A stretch of DNA of 62,370 nt, the filler included, from Nemertoderma westbladi (taxonomy: Eukaryota; Animalia; Xenacoelomorpha), in the NCBI GenBank assembly GCA_032718475.1. It is 3 parts of 3 records of this genome, joined end to end, with 100 filler letters (N's around TTAATTAATTAA, not from the genome) between each part and the next. Parts side by side here need not be neighbours in the genome. Positions count along the whole stretch, not along the records: positions 24,443 to 51,127 come from JAUCBJ010007781.1; 2 more parts are not named here. One strand, written 5' to 3'. Made by a program: the position numbers and the translations under genes. Positions 27,401-41,994 of this stretch are shown one piece after another. Position 1 is the stretch's first letter; each line of letters opens with the position of its first letter. The notes beneath the pieces were generated by a model that was not told the origin of the DNA, made no database searches, and saw nothing but the letters and a program-made list of their open reading frames with translations.

Positions 27401-30400
27401 GCTTATATCTGTAGGAATGGGTTTTATAGACGAACATTTACTATAATATCTCGCGCTTATATCTGTAGGAATGGGTTTTATAGACGAACATTTACTATAA
27501 TATCTCGCGCTTATATCTGTAGGAATGGGTTTTATAGACGAACATTTACTATAATATCTCGCGCTTATATCTGTAGGAATGGGTTTTATAGACGAACATT
27601 TACTATAATATCTCGCGCTTATATCTGTAGGAATGGGTTTTATAGACGAACATTTACTATAATATCTCGCGCTTATATCTGTAGGAATGGGTTTTATAGA
27701 CGAACATTTACTATAATATCTCGCGCTTATATCTGTAGGAATGGGTTTTATAGACGAACATTTACTATAATATCTCGCGCTTATATCTGTAGGAATGGGT
27801 TTTATAGACGAACATTTACTATAATATCTCGCGCTTATATCTGTAGGAATGGGTTTTATAGACGAACATTTACTATAATATCTCGCGCTTATATCTGTAG
27901 GAATGGGTTTTATAGACGAACATTTACTATAATATCTCGCGCTTATATCTGTAGGAATGGGTTTTATAGACGAACATTTACTATAATATCTCGCGCTTAT
28001 ATCTGTAGGAATGGGTTTTATAGACGAACATTTACTATAATATCTCGCGCTTATATCTGTAGGAATGGGTTTTATAGACGAACATTTACTATAATATCTC
28101 GCGCTTATATCTGTAGGAATGGGTTTTATAGACGAACATTTACTATAATATCTCGCGCTTATATCTGTAGGAATGGGTTTTATAGACGAACATTTACTAT
28201 AATATCTCGCGCTTATATCTGTAGGAATGGGTTTTATAGACGAACATTTACTATAATATCTCGCGCTTATATCTGTAGGAATGGGTTTTATAGACGAACA
28301 TTTACTATAATATCTCGCGCTTATATCTGTAGGAATGGGTTTTATAGACGAACATTTACTATAATATCTCGCGCTTATATCTGTAGGAATGGGTTTTATA
28401 GACGAACATTTACTATAATATCTCGCGCTTATATCTGTAGGAATGGGTTTTATAGACGAACATTTACTATAATATCTCGCGCTTATATCTGTAGGAATGG
28501 GTTTTATAGACGAACATTTACTATAATATCTCGCGCTTATATCTGTAGGAATGGGTTTTATAGACGAACATTTACTATAATATCTCGCGCTTATATCTGT
28601 AGGAATGGGTTTTATAGACGAACATTTACTATAATATCTCGCGCTTATATCTGTAGGAATGGGTTTTATAGACGAACATTTACTATAATATCTCGCGCTT
28701 ATATCTGTAGGAATGGGTTTTATAGACGAACATTTACTATAATATCTCGCGCTTATATCTGTAGGAATGGGTTTTATAGACGAACATTTACTATAATATC
28801 TCGCGCTTATATCTGTAGGAATGGGTTTTATAGACGAACATTTACTATAATATCTCGCGCTTATATCTGTAGGAATGGGTTTTATAGACGAACATTTACT
28901 ATAATATCTCGCGCTTATATCTGTAGGAATGGGTTTTATAGACGAACATTTACTATAATATCTCGCGCTTATATCTGTAGGAATGGGTTTTATAGACGAA
29001 CATTTACTATAATATCTCGCGCTTATATCTGTAGGAATGGGTTTTATAGACGAACATTTACTATAATATCTCGCGCTTATATCTGTAGGAATGGGTTTTA
29101 TAGACGAACATTTACTATAATATCTCGCGCTTATATCTGTAGGAATGGGTTTTATAGACGAACATTTACTATAATATCTCGCGCTTATATCTGTAGGAAT
29201 GGGTTTTATAGACGAACATTTACTATAATATCTCGCGCTTATATCTGTAGGAATGGGTTTTATAGACGAACATTTACTATAATATCTCGCGCTTATATCT
29301 GTAGGAATGGGTTTTATAGACGAACATTTACTATAATATCTCGCGCTTATATCTGTAGGAATGGGTTTTATAGACGAACATTTACTATAATATCTCGCGC
29401 TTATATCTGTAGGAATGGGTTTTATAGACGAACATTTACTATAATATCTCGCGCTTATATCTGTAGGAATGGGTTTTATAGACGAACATTTACTATAATA
29501 TCTCGCGCTTATATCTGTAGGAATGGGTTTTATAGACGAACATTTACTATAATATCTCGCGCTTATATCTGTAGGAATGGGTTTTATAGACGAACATTTA
29601 CTATAATATCTCGCGCTTATATCTGTAGGAATGGGTTTTATAGACGAACATTTACTATAATATCTCGCGCTTATATCTGTAGGAATGGGTTTTATAGACG
29701 AACATTTACTATAATATCTCGCGCTTATATCTGTAGGAATGGGTTTTATAGACGAACATTTACTATAATATCTCGCGCTTATATCTGTAGGAATGGGTTT
29801 TATAGACGAACATTTACTATAATATCTCGCGCTTATATCTGTAGGAATGGGTTTTATAGACGAACATTTACTATAATATCTCGCGCTTATATCTGTAGGA
29901 ATGGGTTTTATAGACGAACATTTACTATAATATCTCGCGCTTATATCTGTAGGAATGGGTTTTATAGACGAACATTTACTATAATATCTCGCGCTTATAT
30001 CTGTAGGAATGGGTTTTATAGACGAACATTTACTATAATATCTCGCGCTTATATCTGTAGGAATGGGTTTTATAGACGAACATTTACTATAATATCTCGC
30101 GCTTATATCTGTAGGAATGGGTTTTATAGACGAACATTTACTATAATATCTCGCGCTTATATCTGTAGGAATGGGTTTTATAGACGAACATTTACTATAA
30201 TATCTCGCGCTTATATCTGTAGGAATGGGTTTTATAGACGAACATTTACTATAATATCTCGCGCTTATATCTGTAGGAATGGGTTTTATAGACGAACATT
30301 TACTATAATATCTCGCGCTTATATCTGTAGGAATGGGTTTTATAGACGAACATTTACTATAATATCTCGCGCTTATATCTGTAGGAATGGGTTTTATAGA

Positions 30401-33400
30401 CGAACATTTACTATAATATCTCGCGCTTATATCTGTAGGAATGGGTTTTATAGACGAACATTTACTATAATATCTCGCGCTTATATCTGTAGGAATGGGT
30501 TTTATAGACGAACATTTACTATAATATCTCGCGCTTATATCTGTAGGAATGGGTTTTATAGACGAACATTTACTATAATATCTCGCGCTTATATCTGTAG
30601 GAATGGGTTTTATAGACGAACATTTACTATAATATCTCGCGCTTATATCTGTAGGAATGGGTTTTATAGACGAACATTTACTATAATATCTCGCGCTTAT
30701 ATCTGTAGGAATGGGTTTTATAGACGAACATTTACTATAATATCTCGCGCTTATATCTGTAGGAATGGGTTTTATAGACGAACATTTACTATAATATCTC
30801 GCGCTTATATCTGTAGGAATGGGTTTTATAGACGAACATTTACTATAATATCTCGCGCTTATATCTGTAGGAATGGGTTTTATAGACGAACATTTACTAT
30901 AATATCTCGCGCTTATATCTGTAGGAATGGGTTTTATAGACGAACATTTACTATAATATCTCGCGCTTATATCTGTAGGAATGGGTTTTATAGACGAACA
31001 TTTACTATAATATCTCGCGCTTATATCTGTAGGAATGGGTTTTATAGACGAACATTTACTATAATATCTCGCGCTTATATCTGTAGGAATGGGTTTTATA
31101 GACGAACATTTACTATAATATCTCGCGCTTATATCTGTAGGAATGGGTTTTATAGACGAACATTTACTATAATATCTCGCGCTTATATCTGTAGGAATGG
31201 GTTTTATAGACGAACATTTACTATAATATCTCGCGCTTATATCTGTAGGAATGGGTTTTATAGACGAACATTTACTATAATATCTCGCGCTTATATCTGT
31301 AGGAATGGGTTTTATAGACGAACATTTACTATAATATCTCGCGCTTATATCTGTAGGAATGGGTTTTATAGACGAACATTTACTATAATATCTCGCGCTT
31401 ATATCTGTAGGAATGGGTTTTATAGACGAACATTTACTATAATATCTCGCGCTTATATCTGTAGGAATGGGTTTTATAGACGAACATTTACTATAATATC
31501 TCGCGCTTATATCTGTAGGAATGGGTTTTATAGACGAACATTTACTATAATATCTCGCGCTTATATCTGTAGGAATGGGTTTTATAGACGAACATTTACT
31601 ATAATATCTCGCGCTTATATCTGTAGGAATGGGTTTTATAGACGAACATTTACTATAATATCTCGCGCTTATATCTGTAGGAATGGGTTTTATAGACGAA
31701 CATTTACTATAATATCTCGCGCTTATATCTGTAGGAATGGGTTTTATAGACGAACATTTACTATAATATCTCGCGCTTATATCTGTAGGAATGGGTTTTA
31801 TAGACGAACATTTACTATAATATCTCGCGCTTATATCTGTAGGAATGGGTTTTATAGACGAACATTTACTATAATATCTCGCGCTTATATCTGTAGGAAT
31901 GGGTTTTATAGACGAACATTTACTATAATATCTCGCGCTTATATCTGTAGGAATGGGTTTTATAGACGAACATTTACTATAATATCTCGCGCTTATATCT
32001 GTAGGAATGGGTTTTATAGACGAACATTTACTATAATATCTCGCGCTTATATCTGTAGGAATGGGTTTTATAGATGAACATTTACTATAATATCTCGCGC
32101 TTATATCTGTAGGAATGGGTTTTATAGACGAACATTTACTATAATATCTCGCGCTTATATATGTAGGAATGAGTTTTATAGACGAACATTTACTATAATA
32201 TCTCGCGCTTATATATGTAGGAATGAGTTTTATAGACGAACATTTACTATAATATCTCGCGCTTATATCTGTAGGAATGAGTTTTATAGACGAACATTTA
32301 CTATAATATCTCGCGCTTATATCTGTAGGAATGGGTTTTATAGACGAACATTTACTATAATATCTCGCGCTTATATCTGTAGGAATGGGTTTTATAGACG
32401 AACATTTACTATAATATCTCGCGCTTATATCTGTAGGAATGGGTTTTATAGACGAACATTTACTATAATATCTCGCGCTTATATATGTAGGAATGGGTTT
32501 TATAGACGAACATTTACTATAATATCTCGCGCTTATATCTGTAGGAATGGGTTTTATAGACGAACATTTACTATAATATCTCGCGCTTATATCTGTAGGA
32601 ATGGGTTTTATAGACGAACATTTACTATAATATATCGCGCTTATATCTGTAGGAATGGGTTTTATAGGCGAACATTTACTATAATATCTCGCGCTTATAT
32701 ATGTAGGAATATGGGTTTTATAGAGGAACATTTACTATAATATCTCGCGCTTATATCTGTAGGAATGGGTTTTATAGACGAACATTTACTATAATATCTC
32801 GCGCTTATATCTGTAGGAATGGGTTTTATAGACGAACATTTACTATAATATCTCGCGCTTATATATGTAGGAATGGGTTTTATAGACGAACATTTACTAT
32901 AATATCTCGCGCTTATATCTGTAGGAATGGGTTTTATAGACGAACATTTACTATAATATCTCGCGCTTATATCTGTAGGAATGGGTTTTATAGACGAACA
33001 TTTACTATAATATATCGCGCTTATATCTGTAGGAATGGGTTTTATAGGCGAACATTTACTATAATATCTCGCGCTTATATATGTAGGAATGGGTTTTATA
33101 GACGAACATTTACTATAATATCTCGCGCTTATATCTGTAGGAATGGGTTTTATAGACGAACATTTACTATAATATCTCGCGCTTATATCTGTAGGAATGG
33201 GTTTTATAGACGAACATTTACTATAATATATCGCGCTTATATCTGTAGGAATGGGTTTTATAGGCGAACATTTACTATAATATCTCGCGCTTATATCTGT
33301 AGGAATGGGTTTTATAGACGAACATTTACTATAATATCTCGCGCTTATATCTGTAGGAATGGGTTTTATAGACGAACATTTACTATAATATCTCGCGCTT

Positions 33401-33596
33401 ATATCTGTAGGAATGGGTTTTATAGACGAACATTTACTATAATATCACGCGCTTATATCTGTAGGAATGGGTTTTATAGACAAACATTTACTATAATATC
33501 TCGCGCTTATATCTGTAGGAATGGGTTTTATAGACGAACATTTACTATAATATCTCGCGCTTATATATGTAGGAATGGGTTTTATAGACGAACATT
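24443..33596. repeat. 54-bp satellite (AGGAATGGGTTTTATAGACGAACATTTACTATAATATCTCGCGCTTATATCTGT)n, ~170 copies
   Basis: Direct reading. Apparently invariant until ~32070, then point variants. It explains the 2778-aa ORF with an 18-aa period. Confidence 0.98.
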
Positions 33597-33651
33597 CATT
33601 GGATGTTACTTCAGCGGCCTCTGATGGACAATCGACATCAATTCAACCGGG
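33573..33651 (+). CDS. Candidate internal exon of an unidentified gene (GMGFIDEHSLDVTSAASDGQSTSIQPG)
   Basis: Acceptor TGTAG|GA in the last satellite unit, open frame, and strong donor GG|GTGAGT at 33652. The phase-2 end is compatible with the candidate exon at 41472. Confidence 0.35.
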
Positions 33652-33667
33652 GTGAGTAGAAATAGAT

Positions 33668-33960
33668 GCGACACATAGGTGTGGTGCGACACCTATAGTG
33701 TGTGTAGTGCGACACATAGGTGTGGTGCGACACCTATACTGTATGTAGTGCGACAAATAGGTGTGGTGCGACACCTATGACACTTATATACTGTATGTAG
33801 TGCGACACATAGGTGTGGTGCGACACCTATACTGTATGTAGTGCGACACATAGGTGTGGTGCGACACCTATACTGTATGTAATGCGACTCATGTGTGGTG
33901 CGGCAGCGACACCTATTCTGCAGTTTTTTGGTAAAACACTGTTTCTCGAAAATTTACGAT
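33668..33960. repeat. GCGACAC-type minisatellite plus arm of a non-autonomous DNA transposon
   Basis: ~41-bp units GCGACACATAGGTGTGGTGCGACACCTATACTGTATGTAGT followed by CTGCAGTTTTTTGGTAAAACACTGTTTCTCGAAAAT, which is the reverse complement of the arm at ~44580-44613. Confidence 0.7.
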
Positions 33961-34105
33961 TTCAATTTTTACATCGATTCTGGCTAATTCGAAGCTGCTC
34001 TTTCTCGTGGTGCCATCAGTTTTATACTAATAGTAATAGATTACAAGTAAGCAGCGTCGCTAAAACACTCTCTCCAAATTACAGGAAATGTTACTACGGT
34101 AAAAC

Positions 34106-37100
34106 ATCAAAATATATTTAACTAGTGATCCCAGTAACAGTGGGGCCCTGTTAGCTCCATCTCAATATATCAAAATATATTTAACTAGTGATCCCAGTAA
34201 CAGTGGGGCCCTGTTAGCTCCATCTCAATATATCAAAATATATTTAAATAGAATCCCAGTAACAGTGGAGCCCTGTTAGCTCCATCTCAATATATCAAAA
34301 TATATTTAAATAGTGATCCCAGTAACAGTGGAGCCCTGTTAGCTCCATCTCAATATATCAAAATATATTTAAATAGAATCCCAGTAACAGTGGAGCCCTG
34401 TTAGCTCCACCTCAATATATCAAAATATATTTAAATAGTGATCCCAGTAACAGTGGGGCCCTGTTAGCTCCATCTCAATATATCAAAATATATTTAAATA
34501 GAATCCCAGTAACAGTGGGGCCCTGTTAGCTCCATCTCAATATATCAAAATATATTTAAATAGTGATCCCAGTAACAGTGGGGCCCTGTTAGCTCCATCT
34601 CAATATATCAAAATATATTTAAATAGAATCCCAGTAACAGTGGGGCCCTGTTAGCTCCATCTCAATATATCAAAATATATTTAAATAGTGATCCCAGTAA
34701 CAGTGGAGCCCTGTTAGCTCCATCTCAATATATCAAAATATATTTAAATAGTGATCCCAGTAACAGTGGGGCCCTGTTAGCTCCATCTCAATATATCAAA
34801 ATATATTTAACTAGTGATCCCAGTAACAGTGAGACCCTGTTAGCTCCATCTCAATATATCAAAATATATTTAAATAGAATCCCAGTAACAGTGGAGCCCT
34901 GTTAGCTCCATCTCAATATATCAAAATATATTTAAATAGTGATCCCAGTAACAGTGGGGCCCTGTTAGCTCCATCTCAATATATCAAAATATATTTAACT
35001 AGTGATCCCAGTAACAGTGAGACCCTGTTAACTCCATCTCAATATATCAAAATATATTTAACTAGTGATCCCAGTAACAGTGGGGCCCTGTTAGCTCCAT
35101 CTCAATATATCAAAATATATTTAAATAGTGATCCCAGTAACAGTGGGGCCCTGTTAGCTCCATCTCAATATATCAAAATATATTTAACTAGTGATCCCAG
35201 TAACGGTGGGGCCCTGTTAGCTCCATCTCAATATATCAAAATATATTTAAATAGAATCCCAGTAACAGTGGAGCCCTGTTAGCTCCATCTCAATATATCA
35301 AAATATATTTAAATAGTGATCCCAGTAACAGTGGGGCCCTGTTAGCTCCATCTCAATATATCAAAATATATTTAACTAGTGATCCCAGTAACAGTGAGAC
35401 CCTGTTAACTCCATCTCAATATATCAAAATATATTTAACTAGTGATCCCAGTAACAGTGGGGCCCTGTTAGCTCCATCTCAATATATCAAAATATATTTA
35501 AATAGTGATCCCAGTAACAGTGGGGCCCTGTTAGCTCCATCTCAATATATCAAAATATATTTAAATAGTGATCCCAGTAACAGTGGGGCCCTGTTAGCTG
35601 CATCTCAATATATCAAAATATATTTAACTAGTGATCCCAGTAACAGTGAGACCCTGTTAGCTCCATCTCAATATATCAAAATATATTTAACTAGTGATCC
35701 CAGTAACAGTGGGGCCCTGTTAGCTCCATCTCAATATATCAAAATATATTTAAATAGTGATCCCAGTAACGGTGGGGCCCTGTTAGCTCCATCTCGATAT
35801 ATCAAAATATATTTAACTAGTGATCCCAGTAACGGTGGGGCCCTGTTAGCTCCATCTCAATATATCAAAATATATTTAAATAGTGATCCCAGTAACGGTG
35901 GGGCCCTGTTAGCTCCATCTCGATATATCAAAATATATTTAACTAGTGATCCCAGTAACGGTGGGGCCCTGTTAGCTCCATCTCAATATATCAAAATATA
36001 TTTAAATAGTGATCTCAGTAACAGTGGGGCCCTGTTAGCTCCATCTCAATATATCAAAATATATTTAACTAGTGATCCCAGTAACGGTGGGGCCCTGTTA
36101 GCTCCATCTCAATATATCAAAATATATTTAAATAGTGATCCCAGTAACAGTGAGACCCTGTTAGCTCCATCTCAATATATCAAAATATATTTAACTAGTG
36201 ATCCCAGTAACGGTGGGGCCCTGTTAGCTCCATCTCAATATATCAAAATATATTTAACTAGTGATCCCAGTAACGGTGGGGCCCTGTTAGCTCCATCTCA
36301 ATATATCAAAATATATTTAAATAGTGATCCCAGTAACAGTGGGGCCCTGTTAGCTCCATCTCAATATATCAAAATATATTTAACTAGTGATCCCAGTAAC
36401 AGTGGGGCCCTGTTAGCTCCATCTCAATATATCAAAATATATTTAAATAGTGATCCCAGTAACAGTGGGGCCCTGTTAGCTCCATCTCAATATATCAAAA
36501 TATATTTAACTAGTGATCCCAGTAACAGTGGGGCCCTGTTAGCTCCATCTCAATATATCAAAATAAATTTAACTAGTGATCCCAGTAACAGCGGGGCCCT
36601 GTTAGCTCCATCTCAATATATCAAAATATATTTAAATTGTGATCCCAGTAACAGTGGGGCCCTGTTAGCTCCATCTCAATATATCAAAATATATTTAACT
36701 AGTGATCCCAGTAACAGTGGGGCCCTGTTAGCTCCATCTCAATATATCAAAATATATTTAAATAGTGATCCCAGTAACAGTGGGGCCCTGTTAGCTCCAT
36801 CTCAATATATCAAAATATATTTAAATAGAATCCCAGTAACAGTGGAGCCCTGTTAGCTCCATCTCAATATATCAAAATATATTTAAATAGAATCCCAGTA
36901 ACAGTGGAGCCCTGTTAGCTCCATCTCAATATATCAAAATATATTTAAATAGTGATCCCAGTAACAGTGGGGCCCTGTTAGCTCCATCTCAATATATCAA
37001 AATATATTTAAATAGAATCCCAGTAACAGTGGGGCCCTGTTAGCTCCATCTCAATATATCATAATATATTTAAATAGTGATCCCAGTAACAGTGGGGCCC

Positions 37101-40100
37101 TGTTAGCTCCATCTCAATATATCAAAATATATTTAAATAGAATCCCAGTAACAGTGGAGCCCTGTTAGCTCCATCTCAATATATCAAAATATATTTAACT
37201 AGTGATCCCAGTAACGGTGGGGCCCTGTTAGCTCCATCTCAATATATCAAAATATATTTAAATAGTGATCCCAGTAACAGTGAGACCCTGTTAGCTCCAT
37301 CTCAATATATCAAAATATATTTAACTAGTGATCCCAGTAACAGTGGGGCCCTGTTAGCTCCATCTCAATATATCAAAATATATTTAAATAGTGATCCCAG
37401 TAACGGTGGGGCCCTGTTAGCTCCATCTCAATATATCCAAATATATTTAACTAGTGATCCCAGTAACGGTGGGGCCCTGTTAGCTCCATCTCAATATATC
37501 AAAATATATTTAAATAGTGATCCCAGTAACAGTGAGACCCTGTTAGCTCCATCTCAATATATCAAAATATATTTAACTAGTGATCCCAGTAACGGTGGGG
37601 CCCTGTTAGCTCCATCTCAATATATCAAAATATATTTAACTAGTGATCCCAGTAACGGTGGGGCCCTGTTAGCTCCATCTCAATATATCAAAATATATTT
37701 AAATAGTGATCCCAGTAACAGTGGGGCCCTGTTAGCTCCATCTCAATATATCAAAATATATTTAACTAGTGATCCCAGTAACAGTGGGGCCCTGTTAGCT
37801 CCATCTCAATATATCAAAATATATTTAAATAGTGATCCCAGTAACAGTGGGGCCCTGTTAGCTCCATCTCAATATATCAAAATATATTTAACTAGTGATC
37901 CCAGTAACAGTGGGGCCCTGTTAGCTCCATCTCAATATATCAAAATAAATTTAACTAGTGATCCCAGTAACAGCGGGGCCCTGTTAGCTCCATCTCAATA
38001 TATCAAAATATATTTAAATTGTGATCCCAGTAACAGTGGGGCCCTGTTAGCTCCATCTCAATATATCAAAATATATTTAACTAGTGATCCCAGTAACAGT
38101 GGGGCCCTGTTAGCTCCATCTCAATATATCAAAATATATTTAAATAGTGATCCCAGTAACAGTGGGGCCCTGTTAGCTCCATCTCAATATATCAAAATAT
38201 ATTTAAATAGAATCCCAGTAACAGTGGAGCCCTGTTAGCTCCATCTCAATATATCAAAATATATTTAAATAGAATCCCAGTAACAGTGGAGCCCTGTTAG
38301 CTCCATCTCAATATATCAAAATATATTTAAATAGTGATCCCAGTAACAGTGGGGCCCTGTTAGCTCCATCTCAATATATCAAAATATATTTAAATAGAAT
38401 CCCAGTAACAGTGGGGCCCTGTTAGCTCCATCTCAATATATCATAATATATTTAAATAGTGATCCCAGTAACAGTGGGGCCCTGTTAGCTCCATCTCAAT
38501 ATATCAAAATATATTTAAATAGAATCCCAGTAACAGTGGAGCCCTGTTAGCTCCATCTCAATATATCAAAATATATTTAAATAGTGATCCCAGTAACAGT
38601 GGGGCCCTGTTAGCTCCATCTCGATATATCAAAATATATTTAAATAGAATCCCAGTAACAGTGGGGCCCTGTTAGCTCCATCTCGATATATCAAAATATA
38701 TTTAAATAGTGATCCCAGTAACAGTGGGGCCCTGTTAGCTCCATCTCAATATATCAAAATATATTTAAATAGAATCCCAGTAACAGTGGAGCCCTGTTAG
38801 CTCCATCTCAATATATCAAAATATATTTAAATAGTGATCCCAGTAACAGTGGGGCCCTGTTAGCTCCATCTCAATATATCAAAATATATTTAAATAGTGA
38901 TCCCAGTAACAGTGAGACCCTGTTAGCTCCATCTCAATATATCAAAATATATTTAAATAGTGATCCCAGTAACAGTGGGGCCCTGTTAGCTCCATCTCAA
39001 TATATCAAAATATATTTAACTAGTGATCCCAGTAACGGTGGGGCCCTGTTAGCTCCATCTCAATATATCAAAATATATTTAACTAGTGATCCCAGTAACG
39101 GTGGGGCCCTGTTAGCTCCATCTCAATATATCAAAATATATTTAAATAGTGATCCCAGTAACAGTGGGGCCCTGTTAGCTCCATCTCAATATATCAAAAT
39201 ATATTTAACTAGTGATCCCAGTAACAGTGGGGCCCTGTTAGCTCCATCTCAATATATCAAAATATATTTAAATAGTGATCCCAGTAACAGTGGGGCCCTG
39301 TTAGCTCCATCTCAATATATCAAAATATATTTAACTAGTGATCCCAGTAACAGTGGGGCCCTGTTAGCTCCATCTCAATATATCAAAATAAATTTAACTA
39401 GTGATCCCAGTAACAGCGGGGCCCTGTTAGCTCCATCTCAATATATCAAAATATATTTAAATAGTGATCCCAGTAACAGTGGGGCCCTGTTAGCTCCATC
39501 TCAATATATCAAAATATATTTAACTAGTGATCCCAGTAACAGTGGGGCCCTGTTAGCTCCATCTCAATATATCAAAATATATTTAAATAGTGATCCCAGT
39601 AACAGTGGGGCCCTGTTAGCTCCATCTCAATATATCAAAATATATTTAAATAGAATCCCAGTAACAGTGGAGCCCTGTTAGCTCCATCTCAATATATCAA
39701 AATATATTTAAATAGAATCCCAGTAACAGTGGAGCCCTGTTAGCTCCATCTCAATATATCAAAATATATTTAAATAGTGATCCCAGTAACAGTGGCGCCC
39801 TGTTAGCTCCATCTCAATATATCAAAATATATTTAAATAGAATCCCAGTAACAGTGGGGCCCTGTTAGCTCCATCTCAATATATCAAAATATATTTAAAT
39901 AGTGATCCCAGTAACAGTGGGGCCCTGTTAGCTCCATCTCAATATATCAAAATATATTTAAATAGAATCCCAGTAACAGTGGAGCCCTGTTAGCTCCATC
40001 TCAATATATCAAAATATATTTAAATAGTGATCCCAGTAACAGTGGGGCCCTGTTAGCTCCATCTCGATATATCAAAATATATTTAAATAGAATCCCAGTA

Positions 40101-40506
40101 ACAGTGGAGCCCTGTTAGCTCCATCTCGATATATCAAAATATATTTAAATAGTGATCCCAGTAACAGTGGGGCCCTGTTAGCTCCATCTCAATATATCAA
40201 AATATATTTAAATAGAATCCCAGTAACAGTGGAGCCCTGTTAGCTCCATCTCAATATATCAAAATATATTTAAATAGAATCCCAGTAACAGTGGAGCCCT
40301 GTTAGCTCCATCTCAATATATCAAAATATATTTAAATAGTGATCCCAGTAACAGTGGGGCCCTGTTAGCTCCATCTCAATATATCAAAATATATTTAAAT
40401 AGAATCCCAGTAACAGTGGAGCCCTGTTAGCTCCATCTCAATATATCAAAATATATTTAAATAGAATCCCAGTAACAGTGGAGCCCTGTTAGCTCCATCT
40501 CAATAT
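34106..40506. repeat. 62/63-bp satellite (ATCAAAATATATTTAACTAGTGATCCCAGTAACAGTGGGGCCCTGTTAGCTCCATCTCAATAT)n, ~100 copies
   Basis: Direct reading. Variant units recur in higher-order blocks. Each unit has an internal hairpin TAACAG-N7-CTGTTA. Confidence 0.97.
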
Positions 40507-40940
40507 ACTACTACTAGGTCGAGCGAACTCGGACAGTGGAAATGAGATCCTTCCAGGCTTCGTGATTCTCCATAGTTGTCGCAATTTCGTTTCTCCTAAG
40601 TTCAGTATCCCTTTCAAGTTGATCTATATAAGTTATGGCTGGTCGTCCACGACTACGCTTTTCATGAGTTGGTTGCCAGAAAAGTAGATCTGGTAAGACC
40701 TCGTCTTTACTTCGCCAGCAGTGCCCACTGAATCTTAATCTGCGTTCACCTAGGGTGGTTGATACAGGTGGTATTGTACCATAAAGCTCGGCGTTTGTCA
40801 TGTGTTGTCTCCAGCTGATGTTTAGGGCTGCCCTTAGTAGTCTTGTGTAGCAACAATCAATTCGTTGTTCGAGTGATTTAGTCAGTGTCCAGGTCTCACC
40901 CCCATATAAAAATGGGCAGCTTTCTATTGGCACCATCAAA
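40507..40940 (-). mobile_element. Severely 5'-truncated RTE-clade LINE (second family)
   Basis: ORF 40514-40939 has LYGGETWTLT, CYTRLLRAALNISW, RRLRFSGHCWR, WQPTH..RSRGRP, the RTE RT C-terminus. The stop codon is the first unit of a (TAG)n tail abutting the 63-bp satellite. Confidence 0.9.
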
Positions 40941-40989
40941 TCACTAGAAGGTTGAAGAATAACTGTAGTGTAACTGGTGAAATATCACC

Positions 40990-41188
40990 AGAGACACCTT
41001 TTTTAAACGCTTGTAGCTAAAGAATGAAAGCAAAAATAAAAATTCTGGCTCACCCAGCAAGGAGGAGGGAGGTTAAACTATCTCTGTTTCAAATTTCATG
41101 CAATCTCATTAAGATTTGTAGAAAAATTTGGGGGGGGGGGGGGTGGCAGGTACCTGAATAACGACACTATATTCCAGGACATGGTGTA
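40990..41188. mobile_element. Terminal fragment of a TA-flanked MITE related to 43659-44497
   Basis: AAGATTTGTAGAAAAATTTG-polyG...GACACTATATTCCAGGACATGGTG-TA resembles the right TIR of the 43659-44497 element. Confidence 0.6.
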
Positions 41189-41471
41189 ATGTACTATAAA
41201 GTAGTTTATTGTTAATTTTCGCATATTGCTACGGAAACTAGCTAAAATTAGAATCGTACAATTTTAAAAAAATGTTCTATAAATATTGTATAATACCATT
41301 TTTTCCTAAAATTATACTGTTTTCTTAGAAATTGCTCTGTTACGGGATTCTAGAAAATATATGTTGCTGTATATTCATATAATTTTATGTATTATCCTAA
41401 GGTACAGCAATATACCAAACTTGCTACGGTTTCTTTCAATAATGTACTGTAGCTATATATTTCACATTCAG

Positions 41472-41530
41472 TAAAATGACCATCTCAATAAGATTCACAG
41501 ATTGGCACTTTAAATTCTACTCCAGTATTC
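41472..41530 (+). CDS. Candidate exon (KMTISIRFTDWHFKFYSSI)
   Basis: Acceptor TTCACATTCAG|T, open in phase 2 (compatible with 33573-33651), donor C|GTAAGA. No family recognised. Confidence 0.25.
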
Positions 41531-41994
41531 GTAAGAATGATAACTCTTATTCCAATTGACCTCACCAAAAGCCATGCGAGCACCATTAAATTAGATAGAA
41601 ACGGCATAAAAAAACTGAAGATCTTGTCGTTGTTTGCCATCTTATTAATTTCATTAAATTTTACTGGGGGGGGGGGTGGTACTAGTGTAACCCGTGTCAC
41701 CATTATTCTGCCTTTGTATAGTTGTTTTCTAGCTGTTTTGGCTATTGATTTATGTTCTGGGGCCGGTTGCATAGAACCGACTTATCTCTAAGTTCGAATT
41801 AACTTTAAGATAAGTCCATTACGTTAACTAAGTCAGTTGCAAAAAATTATTAAAATGTAAGTGGGACTTAAATATATAACTTACCTTAAGTGCGATAAGT
41901 TTCACTTAAAATCTGAGAACGGCCTAGGGTTTATATAGTTGGGATAGCAACACTAAGCTTATTGAAGTAATATTGTGGTTTTGTTCAGAAATTG

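Noticed and set aside
24395-32731. 2778-aa ORF with an 18-aa repeat
   Set aside because: Translation of the 54-bp satellite (a multiple of 3 with one stop-free frame); it runs into the N linker.
34106-40506. CRISPR-like array with hairpin repeats
   Set aside because: Units are head-to-tail with no unique spacers, there are no cas genes, and the context is eukaryotic.
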